A DNA stretch of 64,000 nt from an uncultured Candidatus Rokubacteria bacterium (GCA_963826115.1 CAWGVS010000012.1:96001-160000); one strand, 5' to 3'. Counted from the first letter of the stretch, positions 18,965 to 29,332 are shown. Translations and numbers: made by a program. The notes: generated by a model not told the origin, from the letters alone.

Positions 18965-20320
18965 GTGGAGCTGTTCGAGCAGGCGGCGCGCGAGAGCCGG
19001 CGCGAGGCGGCACCGCTCGCCGAGCGGATGCGGCCGCGGACCCTCGACGAGTACGTCGGCCAGGCGCACCTCCTCGGGCCCGGCCGGCTCCTCCGCGTCG
19101 CGATCGAGTCCGGCGCTCTCCACTCGATGATCCTGTGGGGGCCGCCGGGCACCGGGAAGACGACGCTCGCGTCGCTGCTCGCCGCGCACGCCAAGGCTCA
19201 CTTCACGCCGTTTTCCGCCGTGCTCACGGGCGTCAAGGAGGTCCGGAGTCTCGTCGCCGAGGCCGAGGAGCGCCTCACGCTCCGCGGTCAGCCCACGATC
19301 CTCTTCGTCGACGAGATCCACCGCTTCAACAAGGCGCAGCAGGACGCGTTCCTGCCGCACGTGGAGCGCGGCACCGTGACCCTCATCGGCGCCACGACCG
19401 AGAATCCGTCGTTCGAGGTGATCGGGGCGCTACTCTCGCGCTGCCGCGTCTACGTCCTCGAGCGCCTCACCGAGGCGGACCTCGAGACGATCGTCCGCCG
19501 CGCGCTGGCCGACCCGGAGCGTGGGCTGGGCCGGCTGGACCTCGAGGCGGACGCGGACGCCGTGGCGGCCATCGTCGCGCTCTCGGAAGGCGACGCCCGC
19601 ACCGCGCTCAACATCCTGGAGGTGGCGGCGCGGCTCCTGACCACGGGCCGCCGGGAGCGCGGCCCGGCGCGCCTCACGGCCGCGTCGATCCGCGAGGCGG
19701 CCCAGCGGAAGACGCTCCTCTACGACAAGGGCGGCGAGGAGCACTACAACCTCATCAGCGCGCTCCACAAGTCGGTCCGCGACTCCGACCCCGACGCCAC
19801 GCTCTACTGGCTGGCGCGGATGCTCGAAGCCGGCGAGGACCGGCGCTTCCTCGCGCGACGGCTCGTGCGGATGGCTTCGGAGGACATCGGCCTCGCCGAC
19901 CCGCAGGCCCTCGCGATCACTCTGGCGGCGAAGGACGCGTACGACTTCCTGGGGACGCCCGAGGGCGAGCTGGCGCTCGCCGAGGCCGCTGTCTACCTCG
20001 CGTGCGCGCCGAAGTCGAACGCCGTCTACACGGCCTTCGACCAGGCGCGGGCGGACGTCACGGCCCGGCCGGCGGAGCCGGTCCCGCATCACATCCGGAA
20101 CGCGCCGACACGGCTCATGAAGGACCTCGGGTACGGGGCCGGCTACCAATACGCGCACGACGACCCGGACGCCGTCGTCGTCCAGGACCACCTGCCCGCC
20201 TCGCTCCGCGGGCGCACCTACTACCACCCCGTGCCGCGCGGCTTCGAGCAGGAGATCCGCGCGCGCCTGGAGCGCTGGCGAGCCCAGCTCGGCCAACGGA
20301 AGGGCGAGGAGACGCCGTGA
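18965..20320 (+). CDS. rarA: Replication-associated recombination protein A
   Basis: [53 protein letters not shown]. Start uncertain (18866 TTG or 18965 GTG). Confidence 0.95.
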   Translation: MELFEQAARESRREAAPLAERMRPRTLDEYVGQAHLLGPGRLLRVAIESGALHSMILWGPPGTGKTTLASLLAAHAKAHFTPFSAVLTGVKEVRSLVAEAEERLTLRGQPTILFVDEIHRFNKAQQDAFLPHVERGTVTLIGATTENPSFEVIGALLSRCRVYVLERLTEADLETIVRRALADPERGLGRLDLEADADAVAAIVALSEGDARTALNILEVAARLLTTGRRERGPARLTAASIREAAQRKTLLYDKGGEEHYNLISALHKSVRDSDPDATLYWLARMLEAGEDRRFLARRLVRMASEDIGLADPQALAITLAAKDAYDFLGTPEGELALAEAAVYLACAPKSNAVYTAFDQARADVTARPAEPVPHHIRNAPTRLMKDLGYGAGYQYAHDDPDAVVVQDHLPASLRGRTYYHPVPRGFEQEIRARLERWRAQLGQRKGEETP

Positions 20321-21489
20321 CCCGACCCATTGACCCCGCCCGCGACCCCCGGCCCCGGCGACTTCGAATCGGTGTCATCTTCGGCGGCCGCTCCGGCGAG
20401 CACGAGGTCTCCCTCGCCTCCGCCGCTTCCGTCCTGTCGGCGATCGACCCGGAGCGGTACGAGGTCGTCCCGATGGGCATCGCCAAGGACGGGCAGTGGC
20501 TGGTCGGCGGGAATCCTCTCCGGGCGCTGGCCGAGGCCTCGGGCGTCCGGCTCGCCCTGCCGGCGGCCGCGCCGCCCGCCGACGGCGTCGCGGGGGGCAC
20601 GCTCGCCCGGGTGCCGACGGCCGGCGGGCTGCCCGCCGGCGTCGCCGCGCGGCTCGACGTCGTCTTCCCGGTCCTCCACGGGCCCCACGGCGAGGACGGG
20701 ACGATCCAGGGGCTCCTCGAGCTGGCGGACGTGGCGTACGTCGGGGCGAACGTGATGGCCTCGGCCGTCGGCATGGACAAGGCCACGATGAAGGCCGTCT
20801 TCCGGGCTCACGGGCTCCCGGTCGTGCCGTACCTGCTGGTCCGGGACCACGAGTGGGCCGAGGAGCGGGAGGCCGTCGCCGAGCGCGTGGGCCGCGAGCT
20901 CGGCTACCCGTGCTTCGTGAAGCCCTGCAACCTCGGCTCGAGCGTCGGGATCAGCAAGGTCCGGCAGGCGTCGGAGCTCGCCGGCGCCATGGCGCTCGCG
21001 CTCGGCCACGACCGCAAGGCCCTGGTGGAGCGCGGGGTCGTGGCGCGCGAGATCGAGGTGAGCGTCCTCGGGAACGACCATCCGGAGGCGTCGGTGCCCG
21101 GCGAGATCCGCCCCGGCAAGGACTGGTACGACTACGAGGCGAAGTACACCGAGGGGATCGCGGAGGTCGTCATCCCGGCCCCGCTGAGCGACGCGCTGGT
21201 GCGCGAGTTCCAGCGCCTCGCGGTGGCCGCGTTCCGCGCGATCGACGCCGCCGGGCTCGCCCGCGTCGACTTCTTTCTCGAGGGCGACTCGCGCATCTGG
21301 GTGAACGAGATCAACACGATCCCGGGGTTCACCCGATTCTCGGCCTACCCGCGTCTCTGGGAGGCGTCGGGCCTGCCCTATCCGAAGCTCGTCGACCGCC
21401 TGATCGAGCTGGCCCTCGAGCGCCACGCGGCGAAGCGGCGGCTCGAACCCCCGACGCCCGGCGGGTCCGAGCCGCGTGCCCGGACCTAG
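20317..21489 (+). CDS. ddl: D-alanine--D-alanine ligase
   Basis: [52 protein letters not shown]. Confidence 0.96.
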   Translation: MTRPIDPARDPRPRRLRIGVIFGGRSGEHEVSLASAASVLSAIDPERYEVVPMGIAKDGQWLVGGNPLRALAEASGVRLALPAAAPPADGVAGGTLARVPTAGGLPAGVAARLDVVFPVLHGPHGEDGTIQGLLELADVAYVGANVMASAVGMDKATMKAVFRAHGLPVVPYLLVRDHEWAEEREAVAERVGRELGYPCFVKPCNLGSSVGISKVRQASELAGAMALALGHDRKALVERGVVAREIEVSVLGNDHPEASVPGEIRPGKDWYDYEAKYTEGIAEVVIPAPLSDALVREFQRLAVAAFRAIDAAGLARVDFFLEGDSRIWVNEINTIPGFTRFSAYPRLWEASGLPYPKLVDRLIELALERHAAKRRLEPPTPGGSEPRART

Positions 21490-22639
21490 CGCGCCCGGGA
21501 CGCCCGCCACGGCCCGGCCCCTGACCGTCGTCCTCGCCGGCGGCGGGACCGGCGGCCACACGGCGGCGGGGCTCGCTCTCGCCCGGGCGCTCGCCGCCCG
21601 CCTGGGAGCCGGCGTCCGCCTCGTCTGGATCGGGAGCCAGTCGGGCATCGAGGCCACCTGGGTGCCTGCCGCCGGCATCGCGTATCACGCGATCCAGACC
21701 GGCAAGCTCCGGCGCCAGCTCGCGTGGCGGAACGTGACGGATCTCACGCTCCGCGTCCCGGCGGGCTTCGGCCAGGCGCTCGCGCTCCTCGGACGCCTCC
21801 GTCCCGACGTCGTGGTGGCGACCGGCGGATTCGTCGCGGTCCCGACGGCCGTCGCGGCGGCCGCCCGCCGCCTCCCGCTCCTCGTCCACGAGCAGGTCGT
21901 GGTGCCGGGGCTCGCGAACCGGCTGATCGGCCGGCTCGCCGACACGGTCGCGGTGACCTTCGCCGCGTCCGCGGCCGCGTTTCCCGCGGGGAAGGTCGTG
22001 GTGACGGGGAACCCGATCCGGCCGGAGCTTCTGGCGGGCGTCCCGGCGCGCGGGTTCGAGCGCTTCGGCCTCGACCCCGCCGCCCCACTCACCTACGTCA
22101 CCGGCGGCGCGCTCGGCGCCCACCGGGTGAACCGGATCGTCGGGGCGGCGCTCCCGGCGCTGCTCGCGGTGACCCAGATCGTGCATCAGTGCGGCGACAA
22201 CACGTACGGCGACCTGGCCTGGCTCCGCGCCGAGGCCGCGCGGCTCCCGCCCCCGCTCGCCGCGCGGTACCGCGTGACGGCGCTCGTCGGGGAGGAGCTC
22301 GGCGAGCTCTACGCCGCCGCGCGCCTCGTGGTGGGACGCGCGGGCGCCGGCACGGTGACCGAGCTGGCCGCCCTCGGCCTGCCCGCAATCCTCGTGCCCC
22401 TGCCGGGCGCGCGCGGCGACGAGCAGACGGCGAACGCGCGCGTGCTGGCCGACGCGGGCGCCGCGGTGCTCCTGCCGGAGGCGGAGCTCACGGCCGAGCG
22501 GCTCGTCCGCGAGGTGAGCGCCCTGCTCGCTGAGCCGGACCGGCTGAGGATCATGGCCGCGCAGGCGCGCGCGCTGGCGACCCCCGACGCCGCCCGGCGG
22601 CTGGTGGACCTCGTCCTCGGGCTGGCGCGGCGCACCTGA
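21476..22639 (+). CDS. murG: MurG-family N-acetylglucosaminyl transferase
   Basis: LAGGGTGGH, TGGFVAVP, HEQ, TGNPIR, GRAGAGTVTE, EQTANA. Confidence 0.88.
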   Translation: MPGPSAPGTPATARPLTVVLAGGGTGGHTAAGLALARALAARLGAGVRLVWIGSQSGIEATWVPAAGIAYHAIQTGKLRRQLAWRNVTDLTLRVPAGFGQALALLGRLRPDVVVATGGFVAVPTAVAAAARRLPLLVHEQVVVPGLANRLIGRLADTVAVTFAASAAAFPAGKVVVTGNPIRPELLAGVPARGFERFGLDPAAPLTYVTGGALGAHRVNRIVGAALPALLAVTQIVHQCGDNTYGDLAWLRAEAARLPPPLAARYRVTALVGEELGELYAAARLVVGRAGAGTVTELAALGLPAILVPLPGARGDEQTANARVLADAGAAVLLPEAELTAERLVREVSALLAEPDRLRIMAAQARALATPDAARRLVDLVLGLARRT

Positions 22640-22709
22640 CGGGGCCGGAACGAGGCCGGCCGAGCCGGTTGCGACACTGGACCGAACGGGCGAGACTAGC
22701 ATCGATTCT

Positions 22710-24050
22710 GTGACACCCGAGACCCACTACGCGCGGAGCGGCGACGTCAACATTGCCTACCAGGTGGTGGGCGATGCCCCGCGGGACCTCGTCCTCGTGC
22801 CTGGGTGGGTCTCGAACATCGAGGTGTTCTGGGAGGATCGGGCGTGCGCCCGGTTCCTCGAGCGTCTGGCTGCGTTCACCCGGCTGATCCTGTTCGACAA
22901 GCGAGGCACCGGCCTGTCCGATCGCGTCACCGATCTCCCGAATCTTGAAACCCGCATGGACGACGTCCGCGCCGTCATGGATACGGTCGGCTCGGCGAAG
23001 GCGGCGCTCCTCGGTTACTCCGAGGGCGGGCCGATGTGTGCGCTCTTCGCCGCGACCTACCCCGCACGGACGACGGCGCTGATCACCATCGGGAGCTACG
23101 CGCGCCGCACGTGGGCGCCCGACTATCCCTGGGGAGCCCGGCCCGAGTGGTACGTCCAGTTCATCGAGCGGTGTCGTCGGGAGTGGGGCGGGCCGGTGGG
23201 GCTGGACGAGCGGTGGCCGAGCGCGGCCGGGGACGAGCGCGTGCGCCAATGGTGGGCTCGGCTTCTCCGAATGGGCGCGAGTCCCGGCGCGAATCTCGTT
23301 CTGCTCCAAATGAACGCCGAGATGGATGTCCGGCACGTCCTGCCGGCGATTCGGGTGCCGACCCTGGTCCTCCACAGCGTGGGGGATCGCACGCTTTCGG
23401 CCGAGGGCAGCCGCTTCATGGCCCAGCAGATCGCCGGTGCCCGATACGTCGAGCTGCCCGGTTCGGATCACATCCCCTGGGGCGACGACGGGGACGCCAT
23501 CGTCGACGAGATCGAGGAATTCCTGACGGGCGTGCGGCACGGACCCGAGCCGGACCGTGTCCTCGCGACGGTCTTGTTCACCGACATCGTGGGCTCGACG
23601 GAAAGGGCGGTGGCCCTCGGGGATCGCCGCTGGCGTGATCTTCTCGAGAGCCATCATGACGTCGTGCGGCGGGAGCTCGGGCGGTTCCGAGGCCACGAGG
23701 TCGACACGGCCGGTGACGGCTTCCTCGCGACCTTCGACGGCCCCGCGCGCGCCGTCCGCTGCGCCCGCGCCGTGAGCGCTGGCGTTCGCCCCCTCGGGCT
23801 CGAAGTGCGCGCGGGACTTCACACCGGCGAGGTCGAGCTCCACGGTGACAGGGTCTCCGGCCTGGCCGTCCACATCGGCGCCCGGGTCGCGGCGGCCGCC
23901 GGGGCGGGCGAGGTCCTCGTGTCCAGCACGGTCAAGGACCTGGTCGCCGGCTCCGGTCTCCGCTTCCAGGACCGTGGCGTGCGGGCCCTGAAGGGCGTCC
24001 CGGGCGAATGGCACCTCTTCGCGCTGGAAGCGGAAGGCGCGCGCGCGTGA
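22710..24050 (+). CDS. alpha/beta hydrolase fused to class III adenylate/guanylate cyclase (LipJ-like architecture)
   Basis: THYARSGDVNIAYQV, FDKRGTGLSD, GYSEGG; C-terminal LATVLFTDIVGST, DTAGDGFLA, RAGLHTGE, LKGVPG. Confidence 0.93.
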   Translation: MTPETHYARSGDVNIAYQVVGDAPRDLVLVPGWVSNIEVFWEDRACARFLERLAAFTRLILFDKRGTGLSDRVTDLPNLETRMDDVRAVMDTVGSAKAALLGYSEGGPMCALFAATYPARTTALITIGSYARRTWAPDYPWGARPEWYVQFIERCRREWGGPVGLDERWPSAAGDERVRQWWARLLRMGASPGANLVLLQMNAEMDVRHVLPAIRVPTLVLHSVGDRTLSAEGSRFMAQQIAGARYVELPGSDHIPWGDDGDAIVDEIEEFLTGVRHGPEPDRVLATVLFTDIVGSTERAVALGDRRWRDLLESHHDVVRRELGRFRGHEVDTAGDGFLATFDGPARAVRCARAVSAGVRPLGLEVRAGLHTGEVELHGDRVSGLAVHIGARVAAAAGAGEVLVSSTVKDLVAGSGLRFQDRGVRALKGVPGEWHLFALEAEGARA

Positions 24051-24631
24051 AGCGGCTCTGCGTCTTCTGCGGGTCCGCGGTCGGCCGCCAGCCGGCGTAC
24101 GCGAACGCCGCGCGCGAGCTGGCCGCCCTCCTGGTCGACCGCGGGATCGGCGTCGTCTACGGGGGCGGGTCGGTGGGCCTCATGGGGGCCGTCGCGGACG
24201 CGGTCCTCGCGAAGGGCGGCGAGGTGATCGGCGTCCTCCCGCGGGGGCTCGCGCGGAAGGAGCTCGCGCACAGCGGCCTCAGCGAGCTCCACCTGGTGGA
24301 TTCGATGCACGAGCGCAAGGCGCTGATGGCCTCGCTGTCCGACGGCTTCGTCGCCCTGCCGGGCGGCCTCGGCACGCTCGAAGAGGTGTTCGAGGTCCTC
24401 ACGTGGGCCCAGCTCGGCATCCACCGGAAGCCCGTAGGCCTGCTCGACGTCGCGGGCTACTGGACGGGACTGGTCACGCTCCTCCGGCACGCCGTCGCCG
24501 AGGGCTTCGTGCGGCCGGAGTACGCGGACCTCCTCCTGGTCGAGTCCGCGCCCGCCCCGCTGCTCGACCGGCTCCTCGCCTGGCAGCCGCCGGCCCGCCC
24601 GCCCGTCTGGCTCGACGCGACCGAGACCTGA
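24047..24631 (+). CDS. LOG family nucleotide phosphoribohydrolase
   Basis: LCVFCGS, VYGGGSVGLMG, MHERK, PGGLGTLEE. Confidence 0.93.
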   Translation: MKRLCVFCGSAVGRQPAYANAARELAALLVDRGIGVVYGGGSVGLMGAVADAVLAKGGEVIGVLPRGLARKELAHSGLSELHLVDSMHERKALMASLSDGFVALPGGLGTLEEVFEVLTWAQLGIHRKPVGLLDVAGYWTGLVTLLRHAVAEGFVRPEYADLLLVESAPAPLLDRLLAWQPPARPPVWLDATET

Positions 24632-24635
24632 TCGC

Positions 24636-25550
24636 GTGCGCCAGCGGTCCGCGATCGACCCCGCGGCGGGCGCGCTGCTGATCCTCCTCTGCGCGGTCTG
24701 GGGGGCCGGCCAGGTGGCCATCAAGGTCGGCAACCAGGGCGTCTCGCCGCTCTGGCACGCGACCATCCGCTCGGCCGGCGCCGCGCTCCTGGTCTGGGGC
24801 TGGGCGGCGGCCCACGGGGTGTCGGTCGTCCGCCGCGACGGGACCGCCGCCTACGGCGGGGTGATCGCCGCGCTCTTCGCGCTCGAGTTCGTGTGCATCT
24901 ACTGGGGCTTCATGTTCACGACCGCGTCCCGGGGCGTGCTGTTCATCTACGCGGCACCGTTCTTCGTCGCGCTGGGCGCACACTGGCTCTTCCCCGGCGA
25001 GCGGCTCCACGGGGCGAAGGTCGTCGGGCTCGTCGCGGCGTTCGCCGGGCTCGCCCTGGCGTTCGCCGACGGGCTGCGCCTGCCGACGCGCCGCGAGGTG
25101 CTCGGCGACACGCTGCAGCTCGTCGGCGCGAGCCTCTGGGCGGCGACGAGCCTCATCATCAAGGCGCGCGGCCAGGTGGTCAGCCCGCCCCGCACGCTCT
25201 TCTACCAGCTGGCCGGCTCGGCGCTGATCCTCGGGCCCCTGGCGCTCTTCACGGGCGAGCCCGGCATCACGCGGCTCACGGTGCCGATCGCGGCCGCGGT
25301 GCTCTACCAGGTCGTGCTCGTCGCCTTCGCGAGCTACCTCGCCTGGTTCTGGCTCCTCACGCGCTACCCGGCCTCGACCCTCCACGCGTACACGTTCTGG
25401 ACGCCGCTGTTCGGCGTCGTCGCGGGCTGGCTCCTCCTGGGCGAGCCGGTGACGCCGGCCCTCGTCCTCGCGATGGGACTGGTCGCGCTGGGGATCTACC
25501 TCGTCAACCGACAGCCGGCGGCGGCCGGCGCGGCGCGGGCTGACGACTAG
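24636..25550 (+). CDS. DMT/EamA family transporter
   Basis: About ten TM segments in two EamA repeats (P-F-A, LGEP). Confidence 0.9.
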   Translation: MRQRSAIDPAAGALLILLCAVWGAGQVAIKVGNQGVSPLWHATIRSAGAALLVWGWAAAHGVSVVRRDGTAAYGGVIAALFALEFVCIYWGFMFTTASRGVLFIYAAPFFVALGAHWLFPGERLHGAKVVGLVAAFAGLALAFADGLRLPTRREVLGDTLQLVGASLWAATSLIIKARGQVVSPPRTLFYQLAGSALILGPLALFTGEPGITRLTVPIAAAVLYQVVLVAFASYLAWFWLLTRYPASTLHAYTFWTPLFGVVAGWLLLGEPVTPALVLAMGLVALGIYLVNRQPAAAGAARADD

Positions 25551-26245
25551 AGGCGGGGCCGCCGCCCGCGGAGGTCGAACCGGAGCGGACAACCCTCGCA
25601 CCGGGGCCGCGTCCGGCAGTGCGTCTTGGCGACCTGGACCAGGAGCGCGTGGAACTCGTTGAACAGCGCGGGGTCGTGCGGGAGGTGCCCCATCAGGAGG
25701 GCCTGCACGGTCTCGTAGTCCGCGTCCAGCGCCACGAGCCGGTGGCGCCCGAGGATCCGCCGCGTGTAGGCGTCCACGACGAAGATGGGGCGGCCCGCGG
25801 CGTAGAGCGCGATGGCGTCCGCCGTCTCGGGGCCGATGCCGGCGATCCCGCGGAGCTCGGCCCGCAGGACCGGAAGCGGGAGCGCGAGAAGCCGCGCGAG
25901 ACGGCCCCCGTGGCGCCGCGCGACGTGTCGCGCGAAGGCGCGCAGCCGTCGCGCCTTCAGCCGGAACGTGCCCGACGGGCGCAGGAGCGCCGCGAGCCGC
26001 GCCGGCGGGAGGGCCAGCACGGCGCGGAGGTCGAGAGCGTCCGCAGCCCGGAGCCGGGCGACCGCCCGCTCGACGTTGCGCCACGCCGCGTTCTGCGTGA
26101 GGATCGCTCCGATGACGATCTCGCTCCGGGAGCGCGCCGGCCACCAGTGCTGCGGGCCGTACCGCCGGCCGAGCCGATCGTAGAGCCGGAGCAGGCGACG
26201 GCGCAGCGGGTCGGGACGCGGCAGGAGCGGCGGGGGCGCCAGCAT
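25547..26245 (-). CDS. HhH-GPD endonuclease III-like DNA glycosylase
   Basis: YGPQHWWPA, IVIGAILTQN, LRGIAGIGPETADAI, FVVDAYTRR, FNEFHALLV, CRTRPRCEGC. Confidence 0.9.
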   Translation of the reverse strand: MLAPPPLLPRPDPLRRRLLRLYDRLGRRYGPQHWWPARSRSEIVIGAILTQNAAWRNVERAVARLRAADALDLRAVLALPPARLAALLRPSGTFRLKARRLRAFARHVARRHGGRLARLLALPLPVLRAELRGIAGIGPETADAIALYAAGRPIFVVDAYTRRILGRHRLVALDADYETVQALLMGHLPHDPALFNEFHALLVQVAKTHCRTRPRCEGCPLRFDLRGRRPRL

Positions 26246-26263
26246 GGAGGCCTCATTATAAGG

Positions 26264-27373
26264 ATGCGCCGGGCCGGGCGGGGACCGCGTGGGTGGGCGG
26301 GGTTGGCGCTCCTCGGGGCGCTCCTCCTCACGCGCGCCGCCGCCGCGGAGCTGCCGGCGCTGACCGTGTCGATGGGAGGGCTCGCCGAGGACCCCGCCTA
26401 TCTCCCCGTCTACGCCGCGGCGGCGCTCGGGACGTTCGAGGCCGAGGGCATCGCGGTGACGCTCAAGCGGGCCAAGCATCCCACCGGCGCCGTGGCCGCG
26501 CTCCGCGACCGCGAGACCGGCGTGGCCGTCACGACGCTCGACGAAGCGATCCGCGGCGCGTGGGCCCGCAAGATCCCGGTGCAGGTGCTCGTGGCCCACG
26601 TGCGGGCGCCGGCGGTGGCCCTCCTGGTCGCGCCGGCCTCCCGGGACGCCGTGCGCCGGGTCGAGGATCTCCGAGGCAAGGCGGTCGGCATCCCCGGTCC
26701 GGGCACCACGGGACACGCCCTGCTCGCCCTCCTGCTCCGCGAGGCGCGGCTTCAGCCGTCCCACGTCGACATCCGGAGCGTCGGGAGCACCGCGCTCCTC
26801 GCCCAGCTCGGGTCCGGCACGCTCGCGGCCGCGATGGTGGAGGAGCCCTGGGCCACCCGGCTCCTCGACGCGGAGCGCGCGGGCCTCCTGGTCGACTTCC
26901 GCCGGCCGGCCGAGGTCGAGCGCCTCCTCGGCGGACCGTTCTACGAGGTCGTGAGCGTGGCGGTCGCCCCGCCGAAGGAAGAAGAGAAGAAGGCCGCCAA
27001 GGAGGCCGCCAAGAAGGGCGCGCCGCCGCGCCTCGAGCCGCCGCCCGAGACGGTGCTGGTCGCCTACGCCCGCGCGGTCGCGCGGGTCCAGGCCTGGCTC
27101 GCGAGCACCCCGCCGGCGGTGCTTGCCGAGCGGCTGCCGCCCGCGCTGGTCGGGGACCCCGCGCGCTTCCAGGCCCGAATCGGCGCCCTCCAGGCCGCAT
27201 ACGCCGGCTCCGGCGAGGTCACGCGCGAGGGGCTCGACGCGACGCTCCGGACGCTCAAGCGGGGCGGCAGCCCCTGGCCCGTGACCCTGACGGTCGGGCC
27301 CGATGACCTCGCGCCGCCCGGCGCCGTCGTCGAGGCCCGCCGCGGGCTGGGCGCGCCGCCGCCCCCGCCCTGA
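26264..27373 (+). CDS. ABC transporter substrate-binding protein (NMT1/SsuA-like), no permease nearby
   Basis: Signal peptide; YLPVYAA...GTFEAEGI, DLRGKAVGIPGPG, AAMVEEPW. Confidence 0.8.
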   Translation: MRRAGRGPRGWAGLALLGALLLTRAAAAELPALTVSMGGLAEDPAYLPVYAAAALGTFEAEGIAVTLKRAKHPTGAVAALRDRETGVAVTTLDEAIRGAWARKIPVQVLVAHVRAPAVALLVAPASRDAVRRVEDLRGKAVGIPGPGTTGHALLALLLREARLQPSHVDIRSVGSTALLAQLGSGTLAAAMVEEPWATRLLDAERAGLLVDFRRPAEVERLLGGPFYEVVSVAVAPPKEEEKKAAKEAAKKGAPPRLEPPPETVLVAYARAVARVQAWLASTPPAVLAERLPPALVGDPARFQARIGALQAAYAGSGEVTREGLDATLRTLKRGGSPWPVTLTVGPDDLAPPGAVVEARRGLGAPPPPP

Positions 27374-27392
27374 CCCTGGGCCGCGACCGCGC

Positions 27393-27983
27393 TCAGACCT
27401 CGGTCGGCGCGAGACCGAAGTCGCGGAGCAGGCGGGCGGTCGTGCGGAGCGGCAGCCCCACGACGTTCGTGTAGCACCCCTCCACGCCGTCGACGAGATG
27501 GGCGCCGAGGCCCTGCACGGCGTAGGCGCCGGCCTTGTCGTCGGGCTCGCCCGTCTCGACGTACGCCTCGATCTCGCGGTCGCTGTAGGCCCGCATCCGA
27601 ACCCGGCTCGTCACCACGTCCGACGCCTCGCGCCCGCCCGGGCCCTCGAGGGCGACGGCCGTCACGACCTCGTGGGTCCGGGCGCGGAGGGCGCGGAGCA
27701 TCCGGCCCGCCTCGTCCCGCGAGGCGGGCTTGCCCATGGGCTGCCCGTCCAGCACGACCAGGGTGTCGGCGCCGAGAACCAGGGCGGGCCCCTCGCCCGC
27801 CGCGCGGAGACGGGCGGCGACGTCCCGGGTCTTCCCCCGGGCGAGCGTGGCGGCGAGCGCCACCGCCGGCAGGCCGGCGATGAGCGTCTCCTCGAAGCCG
27901 CTCGGGCGCACCTCGAAGGGGATCCCGAGGCGGGCGAGGAGCTCCTTCCGGCGCGGGGACGCCGAGGCCAGGATCAGGCGCAC
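27393..27983 (-). CDS. maf: Maf family nucleoside triphosphate pyrophosphatase
   Basis: LILASASPRRKELL, GADTLV, GKP, DKAGAY, NVVGLP. Confidence 0.95.
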   Translation of the reverse strand: MRLILASASPRRKELLARLGIPFEVRPSGFEETLIAGLPAVALAATLARGKTRDVAARLRAAGEGPALVLGADTLVVLDGQPMGKPASRDEAGRMLRALRARTHEVVTAVALEGPGGREASDVVTSRVRMRAYSDREIEAYVETGEPDDKAGAYAVQGLGAHLVDGVEGCYTNVVGLPLRTTARLLRDFGLAPTEV

Positions 27984-28020
27984 GCGGCACGGGCGCGGGG
28001 CGGCGAGCGCCGCCCGCGCA

Positions 28021-28938
28021 CTAGCTGACGATCAGCGGCTCGGCGTCCGTGATGACGCGGGAGCAGTCCGCGATGACCTTCCGGAGGAACACGGGCAGGC
28101 TCAGCATGTGCCGGTGCGCGAGCCCGTCGTAGAAGCGCATGGGGCCCGCCACGCGCTCGGCCACGCGCCCGTCGATGACCGCCGGCGTGAGCGCCGCCGG
28201 GTCGTCCTTCTTGCCGCACACGGCGAAGCCCCACGGCGTCCCGAAGCACGGGATGAAGGACTGGTAGGGTCCGACGTGCGGGAAGACGACCTGGAGCGTC
28301 CGGTTCATCGCCGCGTAGAAGTCGAGCTCCCCCAGCTTCGTCATGCCCGCCTGGAGGGCGAGCGTGCCGTGGGGGGTCAGGCGGTCGCTGAGAAGCTGGT
28401 AGAACTCCCGGGTGAAGAGGAGACAGGCCGGCCCGGCCTCGAGCGGCTCCGTGAGGTCGACGATCGCCACGTCGAAGCGCTCCGGCGTGCGCTCGAGCCA
28501 GCCCCGGGCGTCCTCGTGCCGGAGCTCGGTCCGCGGGTCGTCGAAGGCGCCCTGGTGCATCTCGGGCAGATGGGTCCGGCAGGCGTCCACGACCCGGCCG
28601 TCGATGTCCACCATGACGGCGCGCCGGATCGACTTGTACCGGAGGATCTCCCGGAGCGTCGCCCCCTCCCCGCCCCCGATGACCAGCGCGCTCTCCGGGT
28701 GGGGGTGGAGGACCATGGCCGGGTGGACCAGGGTCTCGTGGTAGATGAAGTCGTCCGCGACGCTCGACTGGATGCGCCCGTCCAGCACCAGGCACTTGCC
28801 GTAGCTCGCCGTCTCCAGGATCTCCATCCGCTGGAACTCGGTCTGGAGGGCGAAGATCGTGCGGACTATCGCGTGGGCGTGCCCCTCGACGGCCGTGGTG
28901 GTTTCAAAAAACCATTTGTAGGGGCTCTGTGGCGCCAT
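28021..28938 (-). CDS. speE: Polyamine aminopropyltransferase
   Basis: LVLDGRIQS, YHETLVHPAM, VIGGGEGATLRE, VMVDID, HQGAFDDPR, IVDLTEP. Confidence 0.94.
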   Translation of the reverse strand: MAPQSPYKWFFETTTAVEGHAHAIVRTIFALQTEFQRMEILETASYGKCLVLDGRIQSSVADDFIYHETLVHPAMVLHPHPESALVIGGGEGATLREILRYKSIRRAVMVDIDGRVVDACRTHLPEMHQGAFDDPRTELRHEDARGWLERTPERFDVAIVDLTEPLEAGPACLLFTREFYQLLSDRLTPHGTLALQAGMTKLGELDFYAAMNRTLQVVFPHVGPYQSFIPCFGTPWGFAVCGKKDDPAALTPAVIDGRVAERVAGPMRFYDGLAHRHMLSLPVFLRKVIADCSRVITDAEPLIVS

Positions 28939-29332
28939 TCGCGGCGACGCCCTCCTTGACCTTGTTCGCGAGCCCGGCCATGCCCGGGAACACCCCGCGC
29001 TTGACCTCCACGCAGGACGCCCGGCTCGCGCCGAACTGCTCCACAAGGTAGTTGGCGGCCTCCGCCGGCTTGAGCGTCTCGCCGCACGAGAAGATGTCCA
29101 CGGCAGCGTACCGGTGCTCGGGCCACGTGTGGATCGAGAGATGGGACTCGGCGATCACCACCACGCCGGAGATCCCGAACGGGTTGAACTCGTGAAAGAC
29201 GACGTCGATGATGGTGGCCTCCGCTCGTCTGGCGGCCTCCACCATCGCGACTTTCACGGACTCAAGGCTGTTGAGGACCTCGGAGCTGCAGTCGTACAAC
29301 TCGAGCAGCAGGTGACGACCCAGGCTCTCCAA
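28904..29332 (-). CDS. speD: S-adenosylmethionine decarboxylase proenzyme (short class)
   Basis: LGRHLLLELYDC, GISGVVVIAESHLSIHTWPE (E-S cleavage site), AVDIFSCG. TTG start with AAGGAG RBS. Confidence 0.93.
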   Translation of the reverse strand: MESLGRHLLLELYDCSSEVLNSLESVKVAMVEAARRAEATIIDVVFHEFNPFGISGVVVIAESHLSIHTWPEHRYAAVDIFSCGETLKPAEAANYLVEQFGASRASCVEVKRGVFPGMAGLANKVKEGVAANGATEPLQMVF

